Shown here one piece after another: positions 52,701 through 60,476 of a DNA stretch of 64,000 bases. Positions within the stretch are counted from its first letter, which is position 1, and every line of letters begins with the position of its first letter. Origin of the DNA: Limisphaerales bacterium (lineage in GTDB: Bacteria; Verrucomicrobiota; Verrucomicrobiia; Limisphaerales; JAJOIW01); the NCBI GenBank assembly GCA_965657355.1, contig CBFHOE010000004.1, forward strand, positions 164,186-228,185. The letters are read 5' to 3'. The position numbers and the translations under genes are program-made. Below the pieces are notes generated by a model. That model did not search any database and had not been told where the DNA came from. It saw only the letters and a list, made by a program, of their open reading frames with translations.

Positions 52701-52896
52701 GACCGCCATGGTTGCGGCTGTTGGGTTTATTCCAATGGCCTTGAACACGGGTGTTGGGGCAGAGGTTCAGCGTCCATTGGCAACAGTGGTGATTGGAGGA
52801 ATCATTAGTAACACTGCGTTAACTCTGTTGTTGTTGCCAGTGCTGTATATGGTTTTTGGAAAAGAGATTGAATCAGATTCAAAAGTCGAAACTTGA
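49789..52896 (+). CDS. czcA: CzcA-family heavy-metal RND permease
   Basis: LPIDAFPD, PISTGLGE, TM4 DFGLVVDGAVVIVEN, RLRPVLMTA and GAEVQRPLATVVIGG. Confidence 0.93.
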   Translation: MLNWLISFSLRNRLLVSVITMVLVICGVKLVLDLPIDAFPDTTPVQVQINTTAPSLNPEEMEAQITLPIELSISGLPGLENVRSVSKFGLSQVVATFDDDTSIFLARQLISERLQSAELPEQMGRPELGPISTGLGEVFHYILRSDNPKRTLTELRELHDWVVKPELRKVRGTAEINSWGGYEKQFQVVVAPEKLIKFGLTFEDLFEALEKNNQNIGGGQVVASGEAWLVHGIGLVTNIEEIGNIVIASHDGTPIRVLDVAEVQIGHQIRRGAVTADGKGEVVLGLGFMLMGENSHVVTRELKERLKEVQRALPEDVIIETVYDRTELVDKVIETVSHNLLAGALLVIAILFLLIGNLRAGLIVAAVIPLSMLFAGNYMLQAGISASLLSLGALDFGLVVDGAVVIVENIMRRLVDTQKQLGRELSKEERWKIFNEAPIEVARPVAFGVGIIMIVFLPILTLEGIEGKLFRPMALTMVAALFGSLILAFTVTPVLASMVLPRRVKEKEPWSIKLAQRIYSPVLETVLRFRSWVMGSSLVMVLVTIIVAFQLGGEFLPKLGEGSIVVNVVRLAGISIEESTKYNMRIEKLLLEEFPDEIERAWSRIGAAEVATDPMGIELTDIFLALKPPSEWTKAKTQQELAQRMDESLKDLPGLNMAFTQPIEMRMNEMVAGIRSDVGIKVYGDSFESLIEVSDDIQKVLLEIEGATDVSGEQISGQPVMQLRVNPESIARFGISTRDVLDLVEAVGSREVGEIREGQRRFPLVVRLPDDQRKDPKMLARALIPTSDGPIQPLERVADINMTDGPATIQREWSKRRITVQCNVRGRDVGSFVVEAQRRIDEEIDLPEGYTIDWGGQFENMERANNRLMMVVPMTLGLIFILLYISLGALRDVLIVATGIPLGAVGGVAALVLCGMPLTVSAAIGFIVLSGIAILDGLVLVSFIKQRLESGSPLGTAVKEGCQIRLRPVLMTAMVAAVGFIPMALNTGVGAEVQRPLATVVIGGIISNTALTLLLLPVLYMVFGKEIESDSKVET

Positions 52897-53042
52897 AAAA
52901 ATGAAGATTGCCATAGTTGCTTCTTGTAGTAGAACTTCTGTAATCCCGAGCAAGTCGTGGGCGCAGGTCTTGGTCATCAATAAACGCTCATGTAAGTTAA
53001 ATTAGGACACAGATAGGTTTTCTTTTTGCATGGGGGGTTTTA

Positions 53043-53519
53043 ATGCTTGCGTTCTATAAATTCTTTGATAAATCAAGATCAGTGTCTCGTGTCCGCTCTG
53101 TAAATTTACTTTTGGTTTTGCTGATTTTGCCTATTTGCTTAATTGGTGGTCCCTCTAGTGTATTGTGCATCGGCTCCGATGGGCACGTTGCCTTTGAATT
53201 TGGTGCTGATGGCTTATGCGGTGGTGCGTCTCCAGATTCGCATCATGCAGAGTGCGATTACGACAAAGAACATCAGGACTGTCGGGACAACTCAAGTTGC
53301 TGCGGAAACTGTAATGACGTTGCTTTGGAAATTGGGGACGGTGTCCGGCAACGAACTTCTCAAGAGGTTTCCGTTCCTGTGCAAATTTTAGCTATCATAG
53401 TATATGAATTAGCGAACCTTGAAAGAGGCAAAATACCTTCGATTTGCCCTGATCAAACAAGTCCTCCTATTCTCGGTATTCCTCTTGAATCGTTGCGTAC
53501 GATTCTTCTTCTTATTTGA
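53043..53519 (+). CDS. Small Cys/His-rich exported leader protein heading efflux operon 2 (candidate regulatory uORF)
   Basis: Hydrophobic N-terminus, VLCIGSDGHVAFE, HHAEC...CCGNCNDV and SPP...LRTILLLI-stop. The real start may be GTG 53082. Confidence 0.85.
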   Translation: MLAFYKFFDKSRSVSRVRSVNLLLVLLILPICLIGGPSSVLCIGSDGHVAFEFGADGLCGGASPDSHHAECDYDKEHQDCRDNSSCCGNCNDVALEIGDGVRQRTSQEVSVPVQILAIIVYELANLERGKIPSICPDQTSPPILGIPLESLRTILLLI

Positions 53520-53603
53520 TTTCTCTGGTTTGTTCCATTGGTGAACCTGGTGTTTTTTGCGCTCTGGGTTCTATTACACCATTCAACAAACTACCGGAGA
53601 ATC
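53518..53603 (+). promoter_or_regulatory. Long hairpin sequestering the GGAGA SD of the second tolC-like gene
   Basis: 53521-53529 TTCTCTGGT pairs with 53593-53601 ACCGGAGAA. Inner stems are TTGTT/AACAA, TGGTG/CACCA and AACCTGG/CTGGGTT. Confidence 0.75.
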
Positions 53604-53604
53604 T

Positions 53605-54909
53605 ATGAATCAACAAATAATCTATTGGCTTGCTGTGCATGTGATTTGTTCTACGGCGAGCGGAACTGAAGAAAAAACAATATCTGATAAATCCTTGGGC
53701 TTGAAAGCAGTCCAGTTCTTGAGTGAAGAGTCTCAGAAACCAGTCTCACTGGAATTGAATCTAAAAAATATTGGTGAAGCAATCAGTCGCTTTAACCCCG
53801 ATTTAGCAGCGGCCCGTCTGCGAATTGACGAGACTCGAGGGCGATCAATGCAGGCCGGTTTGCTTCCAAATCCTGTGCTATCCACCAGTTTCGAGCAAGA
53901 TCCCACATTTCGTGAATTAGGTGTCGGAATTGGTTTTAGTCAGACTTTCCCTGTCACGAGCCGGCTACGTCTAGAGAAAGAAATCTCGCAAACGGAAGTC
54001 GCCGTCGCAGAGGCCGAGGTGGCCGATGTGAAAAGACAAATCACTGGTGAAGCGCGCGAAATGACGGTTCGGTATCTTGCCCTGCAACGACTAAAGGATC
54101 TTCGCCTAAAGCAGTTGCATTTAGCTATGGAATTGGCCGATTACACTCAAGGCGTAGCCAATAAGGGTGAGGGCTCCATGCTTGATGCAGCTCAGGCCAA
54201 GTTGGAAGCGAACCAATTTGAAATCGAGATCCGTCAGTTGGACACTTCGGTACAACAACTGATTGGTATCTTGAAGCCATTGATCGGCTTGAGGCCGAGA
54301 GATAACCTGTCTGTGGCCGGAAATTTGAGTGAGGTTTTGATGGTGCCTATTAAAGACCTGGACCTTAACCATCGCATGGACTATGTGGCCGCCGAGTTAT
54401 CGGTCGATGCGGCGGGACGGGCGGTCAAGCTTGAAAATGTTAGAAAATGGCAGGATATCACGGCTGGGCTCTTTGCGGGTTTCTTGCGGGAAGAGGACGT
54501 GCCAATTGGATTGGAAGCAGAGCAGCGGGTCGGATTCCAAATTTCCTTTCCTTTGCCACTATGGAATAAGAACCGGGGTGCAGTAGAGGAACGTAAAGCA
54601 ACCAAACGCCGATTAGAGTTATCTCTATCAGCTCTGGATAACCGTATTCGTAACGAGGTAAACACAGCATATCTTGTGATGCGGACGCAGGCTAAACTAG
54701 CCCATGATATTGAAACCATATTGCTTCCTGATTCGAAAAAACAGGTGACGGATACCAATATTGCTTACCGAAAAGGTCAGATCAATCTTCTCACAGTTCT
54801 GCGTGCCCGCGATCAATATCTGGAACTGCAATCCAGTCTTCTGACAGCTCAACGCGATTTCCATATAGCGCGCATTCGTTATGAAACAGCCCTTGGCAAA
54901 ACAAATTAA
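53605..54909 (+). CDS. TolC-family outer membrane factor (second operon)
   Basis: NPDLAAARLRI, AGLLPNPVL, ISFPLPLWNKNRG and AYRKGQINLLTVL. ATG 53605 follows a GGAGA SD. Confidence 0.92.
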   Translation: MNQQIIYWLAVHVICSTASGTEEKTISDKSLGLKAVQFLSEESQKPVSLELNLKNIGEAISRFNPDLAAARLRIDETRGRSMQAGLLPNPVLSTSFEQDPTFRELGVGIGFSQTFPVTSRLRLEKEISQTEVAVAEAEVADVKRQITGEAREMTVRYLALQRLKDLRLKQLHLAMELADYTQGVANKGEGSMLDAAQAKLEANQFEIEIRQLDTSVQQLIGILKPLIGLRPRDNLSVAGNLSEVLMVPIKDLDLNHRMDYVAAELSVDAAGRAVKLENVRKWQDITAGLFAGFLREEDVPIGLEAEQRVGFQISFPLPLWNKNRGAVEERKATKRRLELSLSALDNRIRNEVNTAYLVMRTQAKLAHDIETILLPDSKKQVTDTNIAYRKGQINLLTVLRARDQYLELQSSLLTAQRDFHIARIRYETALGKTN

Positions 54910-54919
54910 TTTTCCATTC

Positions 54920-56140
54920 ATGAAAACTATATCAATCTCTGGTTTAATTTATTTTTTTACATTCCTTTTAATTGGGGTAAGCGGTTTTGCTGCTGAATCT
55001 AAACCGGCGGCCAAGACCATTATCCTCGATGAAACTGGTGTAAAAAACCTCCGTATTTTGACCGTTCAAGTCGAGGAGCGGCTATTTGAAAGTACTGTAT
55101 TTGCAATTGGGAGAGTCGAAGAAATTCCGGCGAATCTTTACTCAATCTCCTCTCGTGTTCCCGGTCGAGCAATTGAAGTCAATGCATTCATAGGAGACGA
55201 AGTGAAGAAAGGTCAGGTGCTAGTCAAAGTCGAAAGTCGACACCCAGGTGACCCTCCCCCGGTCATATCCCTGTCAGCTTATCACGACGGCATAGTGGTT
55301 GCTTCTCATGTATTGAAAGGTCAGCCTGTTGAACCTAATCAGGGTTTACTTGATATCTCAGATCGTTCAGAAGTTTGGGTGGTCTCAAGCATTCCAGAAC
55401 AGATGGCTGCTGGGATCTCGATAGGTTCCAAAGCACGCATCTCTTTTCCTGCCATCGGAGGTGTTCCGGTCGAAGGATACTTGCTACGCTTTGGAGTGAA
55501 AGCCGATCGCAATGCTGGCACTGTCGATGGTGTATTCCAGATTCCTAATCCTAGCGGGCGGCTTCACCCTGGCATAAGGGCAGAATTTAACATCATTGTC
55601 GGGGCACGTCCTAACGTGCTCGCGGTGCCAGAAGAATCCGTGCAGGGTGGTCCGTCGCGGCGAGTTGTCTACGTGAAACATTTCGACATCCCGAATGCGT
55701 TCATCCAGTCGCCGGTCGTGTTGGGGGAGAAAAGCGCCGGATGGATCGAAATTAAATCTGGGTTGTTTCCCGGCGATGAAGTCGTAACCCGAGGTTCTTA
55801 CCCGCTCGGGTTTACTGACGGAAGTGGCATGTCTCTGAAGGAGGCGTTAGACGCCGCTCACGGGCACGCACACAACGAAGATGGTTCGGAGATGAAAGGG
55901 GAGCAGGAATCTGGGGGAATCGGTGAGCATGCGAATCATGACCATGGTGCATATGCGAGTGAGAGTAGTCAAATAAACCATTATCTTCTGGTATATGCCG
56001 TTGCGATCAGTTTCCTTGCTTTGGCTTTGGCACAATTGCTGTGGAATATTAAGCGAAAGGCGGCAGTCGGAAACGAGAAAAATATTGGGTCCTTACCTGA
56101 GAGCAATTCAGAGCCTAAGACAAAAACCAAATCTCCTTAA
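54920..56140 (+). CDS. RND periplasmic adaptor lacking the alpha-hairpin, with a His-rich tail and C-terminal TM helix
   Basis: Signal peptide (...SGFA-AE), GDEVKKGQVL...SAYHDG lipoyl halves, NPSGRLHPG, GLFPGDEVV, AHGHAHNEDG and a C-terminal hydrophobic helix. ATG 54920 preferred over 54881. Confidence 0.88.
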   Translation: MKTISISGLIYFFTFLLIGVSGFAAESKPAAKTIILDETGVKNLRILTVQVEERLFESTVFAIGRVEEIPANLYSISSRVPGRAIEVNAFIGDEVKKGQVLVKVESRHPGDPPPVISLSAYHDGIVVASHVLKGQPVEPNQGLLDISDRSEVWVVSSIPEQMAAGISIGSKARISFPAIGGVPVEGYLLRFGVKADRNAGTVDGVFQIPNPSGRLHPGIRAEFNIIVGARPNVLAVPEESVQGGPSRRVVYVKHFDIPNAFIQSPVVLGEKSAGWIEIKSGLFPGDEVVTRGSYPLGFTDGSGMSLKEALDAAHGHAHNEDGSEMKGEQESGGIGEHANHDHGAYASESSQINHYLLVYAVAISFLALALAQLLWNIKRKAAVGNEKNIGSLPESNSEPKTKTKSP

Positions 56141-56143
56141 GCC

Positions 56144-59100
56144 ATGCTGAACCAACTTATTCGTTTTTCCTTAGCGCACCGAAGCTTGATTCTGGCGGTG
56201 GCTATTGTCCTCTTGGCCTTTGGCGTCAAGAAGACACTAGAACTACCCGTTGATGTGCTTCCAGATTTGACGAAACCTACCGTCACACTTTTGACTGAAG
56301 CCAAGGGCTATGCACCTGAAGAGGTGGAAACACTCATCACGATTCCTTTGGAGAACTCGCTCATGGGTGTGGCAGGAGTTAATCGCTTAAGAAGTGTCAA
56401 TGACATCGGGCTCTCTTTGATATTTGTCGAATTTGACTGGGGCACGGATATCTACCGCGCGCGTCAGTTTGTACAGGAGCGATTGATGGGGGTGAGCGAA
56501 GTTCTGCCTGAAGGAACCACGCCGTACATGACACCGGTGGCTTCGTTAATGGGCGATATCATGCTCGTAGGAGTGAGGGATCCGACCGGCAGGACTTACC
56601 CACGAGATTTGCGGGTACTTGCAGATTGGACAATCGGCCGGCGGCTGCAATCCATCCCGGGTATTGCCGAGGTTTTAACGATGGGCGGTGGCGTAAAACA
56701 AGTCCAAGTGCAACCGAACCCACAACTAATGTTGCTGCATCGAGTGACTTTTGAACAATTACGTGATGCTGCCTCCGAGGCGGTCAAGAAAACCACTGGT
56801 GGATTTCTTACCGATAGGGCGGAAGAGATTATGGTACGCAATTTGGCTATGACTACCGATCTAGATGAGATTTCTGAAACAGTTGTCTCATACCGTAATG
56901 ATCGGCCAATTCACATCAAAGATGTCGCCAAGGTGGTGTGGGATATTGAACCAATGCGCGGGGACGCCGGTATGGGTGTAGCAGGTCGTGAACCTGATGA
57001 AGATGGCCGTATTGGACATCGGGGAGTCATTCTAAGCGTTCGCAAATCTCCTGGTTTCGACACAATCAAGTTGACCGAACAGGTAGAGACGGCTCTCAAT
57101 GATTTGGGGGAAGCACTGCCTGAGGGAACTGAACTGGTGGTGCTTTATCGTCAGTCTGAGTTTATTGAACTTGCTATTGGCAACCTTAAGGAGTCCCTGC
57201 GAGACGGTGCTTTTATGGTGGCCTTTGTTCTTTTCCTTTTCTTATTTAACTTTCGAGTTACGGCAATCACTCTGACTGCCATCCCGCTGTCACTGGGCAT
57301 CACGGTAATCATTTTCGACTTAATGAATCTGGGGGTTAATTCGATGACCCTGGGAGGATTGGCGGTTGCCGTAGGCATGGTGGTGGATGACGCCATAGTG
57401 GACGTGGAAAACGTGTTTCGCAGGCTTCGTGAGAACGCAGTAAAAGGAAATCCGTTACCCAACCTGGAAGTGATCGCACGTGCATCGGGCGAAGTTCGCG
57501 CATCAATCTTTTATGCCACAGTACTTATCATTCTAGTGTTTCTACCACTCATGGCATTGAGTGGAGTTGAAGGCCGCTTGTTTACGCCAATTGCCATCGC
57601 CACGATCGTGAGTATGGTCGCCTCTTTCGTGGTTTCCTTAACAGTGATCCCGGTCTTGAGTTTTTATCTATTGAAACCAAAGGAGGGCAGAAAGCACTAC
57701 GACTTCATCTTGGTAAGGTGGCTTAAGACAACCTTTCGTATGACATGGTTACGACTTGCTTTATCGCAACCGCTTTTGATTCTGGCTTTTACGGGCGTGC
57801 TCCTTTGGATAAGCTATGATGCCTACTCGAATATGGGTCGAAATTTCCTTCCGCCGTTTCGAGAGCCGACAGCGCTGGTAGCAACCACGACGGATCCGGG
57901 GACCTCTTTGAAGATGACTTCAGAACTCTCTGACACCGCACAGGAACTGTTGTTGAAGATTCCCGGAATCAAGACGGTTGGATTTCGGGCTGGCCGAGCA
58001 GAACGGGGTGATCATGTAGTGCCAGTTTCCAGTGTCGAATTCGATGTCGAATTTGATGAATCGGATGGTCGTCCTCGCGAGGATATCATTAAAGATATCC
58101 GTGAAACCATGAAGGGCATCCCCGGTACCTTCAGTGCTATGAGTGGGCCGCTTGCAGACCGAATAGGCCACATGTTGAGCGGTGTGTCAGCCAAAGTCGC
58201 TATCAAAATATTTGGTTCAGACTTGAGTGAGCTACGACGAATCGGGACTGAAATAACTGAAGTCGCCCGTGGTATTCCCGGTTTGGAGGAGGCACGCATT
58301 GAGCAACAGGCACCAGTCCCACAACTGCGGATTGAGCCTAAGCGCAAACGTGCCGCCGCCTATGCGGTGACCCCTGGGGCAATCATGGAGGAAATGGCAG
58401 CACTGATGGGAGGCGACTACGTCGCTGAAATCTACGAAGGGGTGAGAGTTTTTGATCTGGTGGTCAGACTTCCCGGAGATTGGAGAGAGAATCCGGAACG
58501 CCTGGAACAACTTTACATCGAAACCAAAAGCGGACAGCTCATACCACTAGGCTTTGTTACTGATTTCCGACTAGCTTCCGGCCCGAACACAATCCTACGA
58601 GAAAACACACGTCGTCGGTTTGTGGTTTCCGTCAATCCGACAGTTGCCGATTTGGTAGCGGCGGTTGAACAATTGAAACTTGAAGTAGATGAAAAGGTGA
58701 GTTTGCCGGATGGATATACGATATCATACGAGGGTGAGTATCAGGCTCAGAAGGAGGCCTCCCGAACAATCGCTTTTATGTCAGCCGTCATTCTTCTTGT
58801 GGTTGTGTTTCTGTTATACTCGTACTTCAAGAACATCACTTTTGTGCTACTGGTTTTGACCATCATTCCAGTCTCGCTTATTGGAGCGGTTCTTTACACA
58901 CGCTACACCTTAGACAATGTTAGTATCGCTACCTTGGTTGGATTCATTGCCGTTGTAGGAATCGCTGCCCGCAATAATATTATGATGATCTCCCACTACC
59001 TGCATCTCATGCGCCACGAGGGGGAAACGTTCACAAGGGCAATGGTAGAGCGGGGAACCTTAGAACGGCTGGTGCCTGTTTTGATGACGGCATTGGCTGG

Positions 59101-59299
59101 TGGCATTGCGCTCGTTCCGCTTATCCTCGCTGCGAATGAACCAGGCAAAGAGATTTTAAACCCAGTCGCCATCGTTATCGTCGGCGGGTTGATTAGCTCC
59201 ACTTTTTTAGGCCTCGGTGTTACACCTGCAATATTCTACACATTTTGCCGCCGTGCAGCAGAACAATCCGTCAAGGATAAGTCTGCCGCTAGTGGTTGA
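56144..59299 (+). CDS. CusA/CzcA-family heavy-metal RND permease, different subfamily from the first
   Basis: LPVDVLPDL, TM4 AVGMVVDDAIVDVEN, SGVEGRLFTP, ERLVPVLMTAL and PGKEILNPVAIVIVGG. Confidence 0.93.
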   Translation: MLNQLIRFSLAHRSLILAVAIVLLAFGVKKTLELPVDVLPDLTKPTVTLLTEAKGYAPEEVETLITIPLENSLMGVAGVNRLRSVNDIGLSLIFVEFDWGTDIYRARQFVQERLMGVSEVLPEGTTPYMTPVASLMGDIMLVGVRDPTGRTYPRDLRVLADWTIGRRLQSIPGIAEVLTMGGGVKQVQVQPNPQLMLLHRVTFEQLRDAASEAVKKTTGGFLTDRAEEIMVRNLAMTTDLDEISETVVSYRNDRPIHIKDVAKVVWDIEPMRGDAGMGVAGREPDEDGRIGHRGVILSVRKSPGFDTIKLTEQVETALNDLGEALPEGTELVVLYRQSEFIELAIGNLKESLRDGAFMVAFVLFLFLFNFRVTAITLTAIPLSLGITVIIFDLMNLGVNSMTLGGLAVAVGMVVDDAIVDVENVFRRLRENAVKGNPLPNLEVIARASGEVRASIFYATVLIILVFLPLMALSGVEGRLFTPIAIATIVSMVASFVVSLTVIPVLSFYLLKPKEGRKHYDFILVRWLKTTFRMTWLRLALSQPLLILAFTGVLLWISYDAYSNMGRNFLPPFREPTALVATTTDPGTSLKMTSELSDTAQELLLKIPGIKTVGFRAGRAERGDHVVPVSSVEFDVEFDESDGRPREDIIKDIRETMKGIPGTFSAMSGPLADRIGHMLSGVSAKVAIKIFGSDLSELRRIGTEITEVARGIPGLEEARIEQQAPVPQLRIEPKRKRAAAYAVTPGAIMEEMAALMGGDYVAEIYEGVRVFDLVVRLPGDWRENPERLEQLYIETKSGQLIPLGFVTDFRLASGPNTILRENTRRRFVVSVNPTVADLVAAVEQLKLEVDEKVSLPDGYTISYEGEYQAQKEASRTIAFMSAVILLVVVFLLYSYFKNITFVLLVLTIIPVSLIGAVLYTRYTLDNVSIATLVGFIAVVGIAARNNIMMISHYLHLMRHEGETFTRAMVERGTLERLVPVLMTALAGGIALVPLILAANEPGKEILNPVAIVIVGGLISSTFLGLGVTPAIFYTFCRRAAEQSVKDKSAASG

Positions 59300-59345
59300 A
59301 CTCATCTCCTAAACTAATAAATCAAACAAATAGAAACAGAATCCA

Positions 59346-59918
59346 ATGAAGATTAAAGCAATCCTATTCACCGTAACCATTGCCTCAGTTTGTCTGTGCC
59401 TCACCGCCTGCAAACCCACAGACGATCATTCAGGACATGATCATTCAGGACACGAACATGACGAACATACAGCCTTGGAGAATGAGCACGATGTCCAAAC
59501 GGAACATATTCACGACCAGAACAATGAAGGCGATCATGAGGAACACGCCACGAAAACTCCTGGACCCAATGGTGGGCGACTGATTCACAGGATCGAACCG
59601 CATTTTGAATTCCTAATCCGTGAAGATCGTCACGTGCAGATCAACTTCCTAAGCGACGAATTGAAGCCCGTTGCTGCTAATGAACAATTTCTGAGTTTGA
59701 CAGGTGGCGATCGTAATAATCCTTTCCATCTGTATTTTACTAAAGAGGGCTCTAGTCTCCTGTCCGATAAACCCATCCCCCTAGGAGACAATCATCCCGC
59801 AGTCCTGCAAATCAAGACCAACGCCGATGCCAAGGCAATGATTGAAAAATTCCAAATGAATCTTAGCGACTGTCCTTCTTGCAATTACAAAGAATATGCG
59901 TGTATCTGCGAGCACTGA
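59346..59918 (+). CDS. His-rich lipoprotein with a C-terminal Cys cluster (putative periplasmic metal-binding protein)
   Basis: Lipobox LTAC, DHSGHDHSGHEHDEH tract, PGPNGGRL domain and C-terminal CPSCNYKEYACICEH. Confidence 0.85.
   Translation: MKIKAILFTVTIASVCLCLTACKPTDDHSGHDHSGHEHDEHTALENEHDVQTEHIHDQNNEGDHEEHATKTPGPNGGRLIHRIEPHFEFLIREDRHVQINFLSDELKPVAANEQFLSLTGGDRNNPFHLYFTKEGSSLLSDKPIPLGDNHPAVLQIKTNADAKAMIEKFQMNLSDCPSCNYKEYACICEH
59424..59453 (+). repeat. 15-bp tandem duplication encoding DHSGH twice
   Basis: GATCATTCAGGACAT followed by GATCATTCAGGACAC. Confidence 0.85.
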
Positions 59919-60476
59919 TACTATGAAGATAACTAACCCGAAAAGGAGACAAATTAACGCCGTCGATTTACTGGTGCATAAGCTTCCCACTTTAGACGGA
60001 CCGATGCAACCGATGGTGTTGCCTCTGTTGTAAATGTTTTTTGGAAAGGTCCTTAGTTTGTCACCAAATCGAACGCACGTTGAAGACACCTCTTCTAGAC
60101 AGGAGATCAAACCCCGTAAGAAAAGCCGAATAAATATTAAGCCAACACTAAAACCATATGTACTGGTGGATTAGGAATGTATTTATACAGCGCCTATGCC
60201 TTTGGAAGAGATGCCGAGGTTGTGACGCAAAACGTGCGGGACTGTTTTCAGAATGTATTCGCGTAAGAAACTGTTTGTTCTGATCAAGAATGATACAAAC
60301 AAAGTCTTGCTCGTTTCGCGGATAAAGAAAAATCGAGTCTAGCGCAATGAAGAATAAGAAGAAGTAGAGATAAAAAGGTGACCATTTGTGTTTGCACGAC
60401 TGGAGCCCTTTAGTTGTGGAGTGATGGGCGACTAAGATACTTTTAAAGCAATCCACTTATAGACTAGAGTATTCAG

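Noticed and set aside
53557..53604. TTG start for the second tolC gene
   Set aside because: It lies inside the hairpin with no SD, whereas ATG 53605 has GGAGA at normal spacing.
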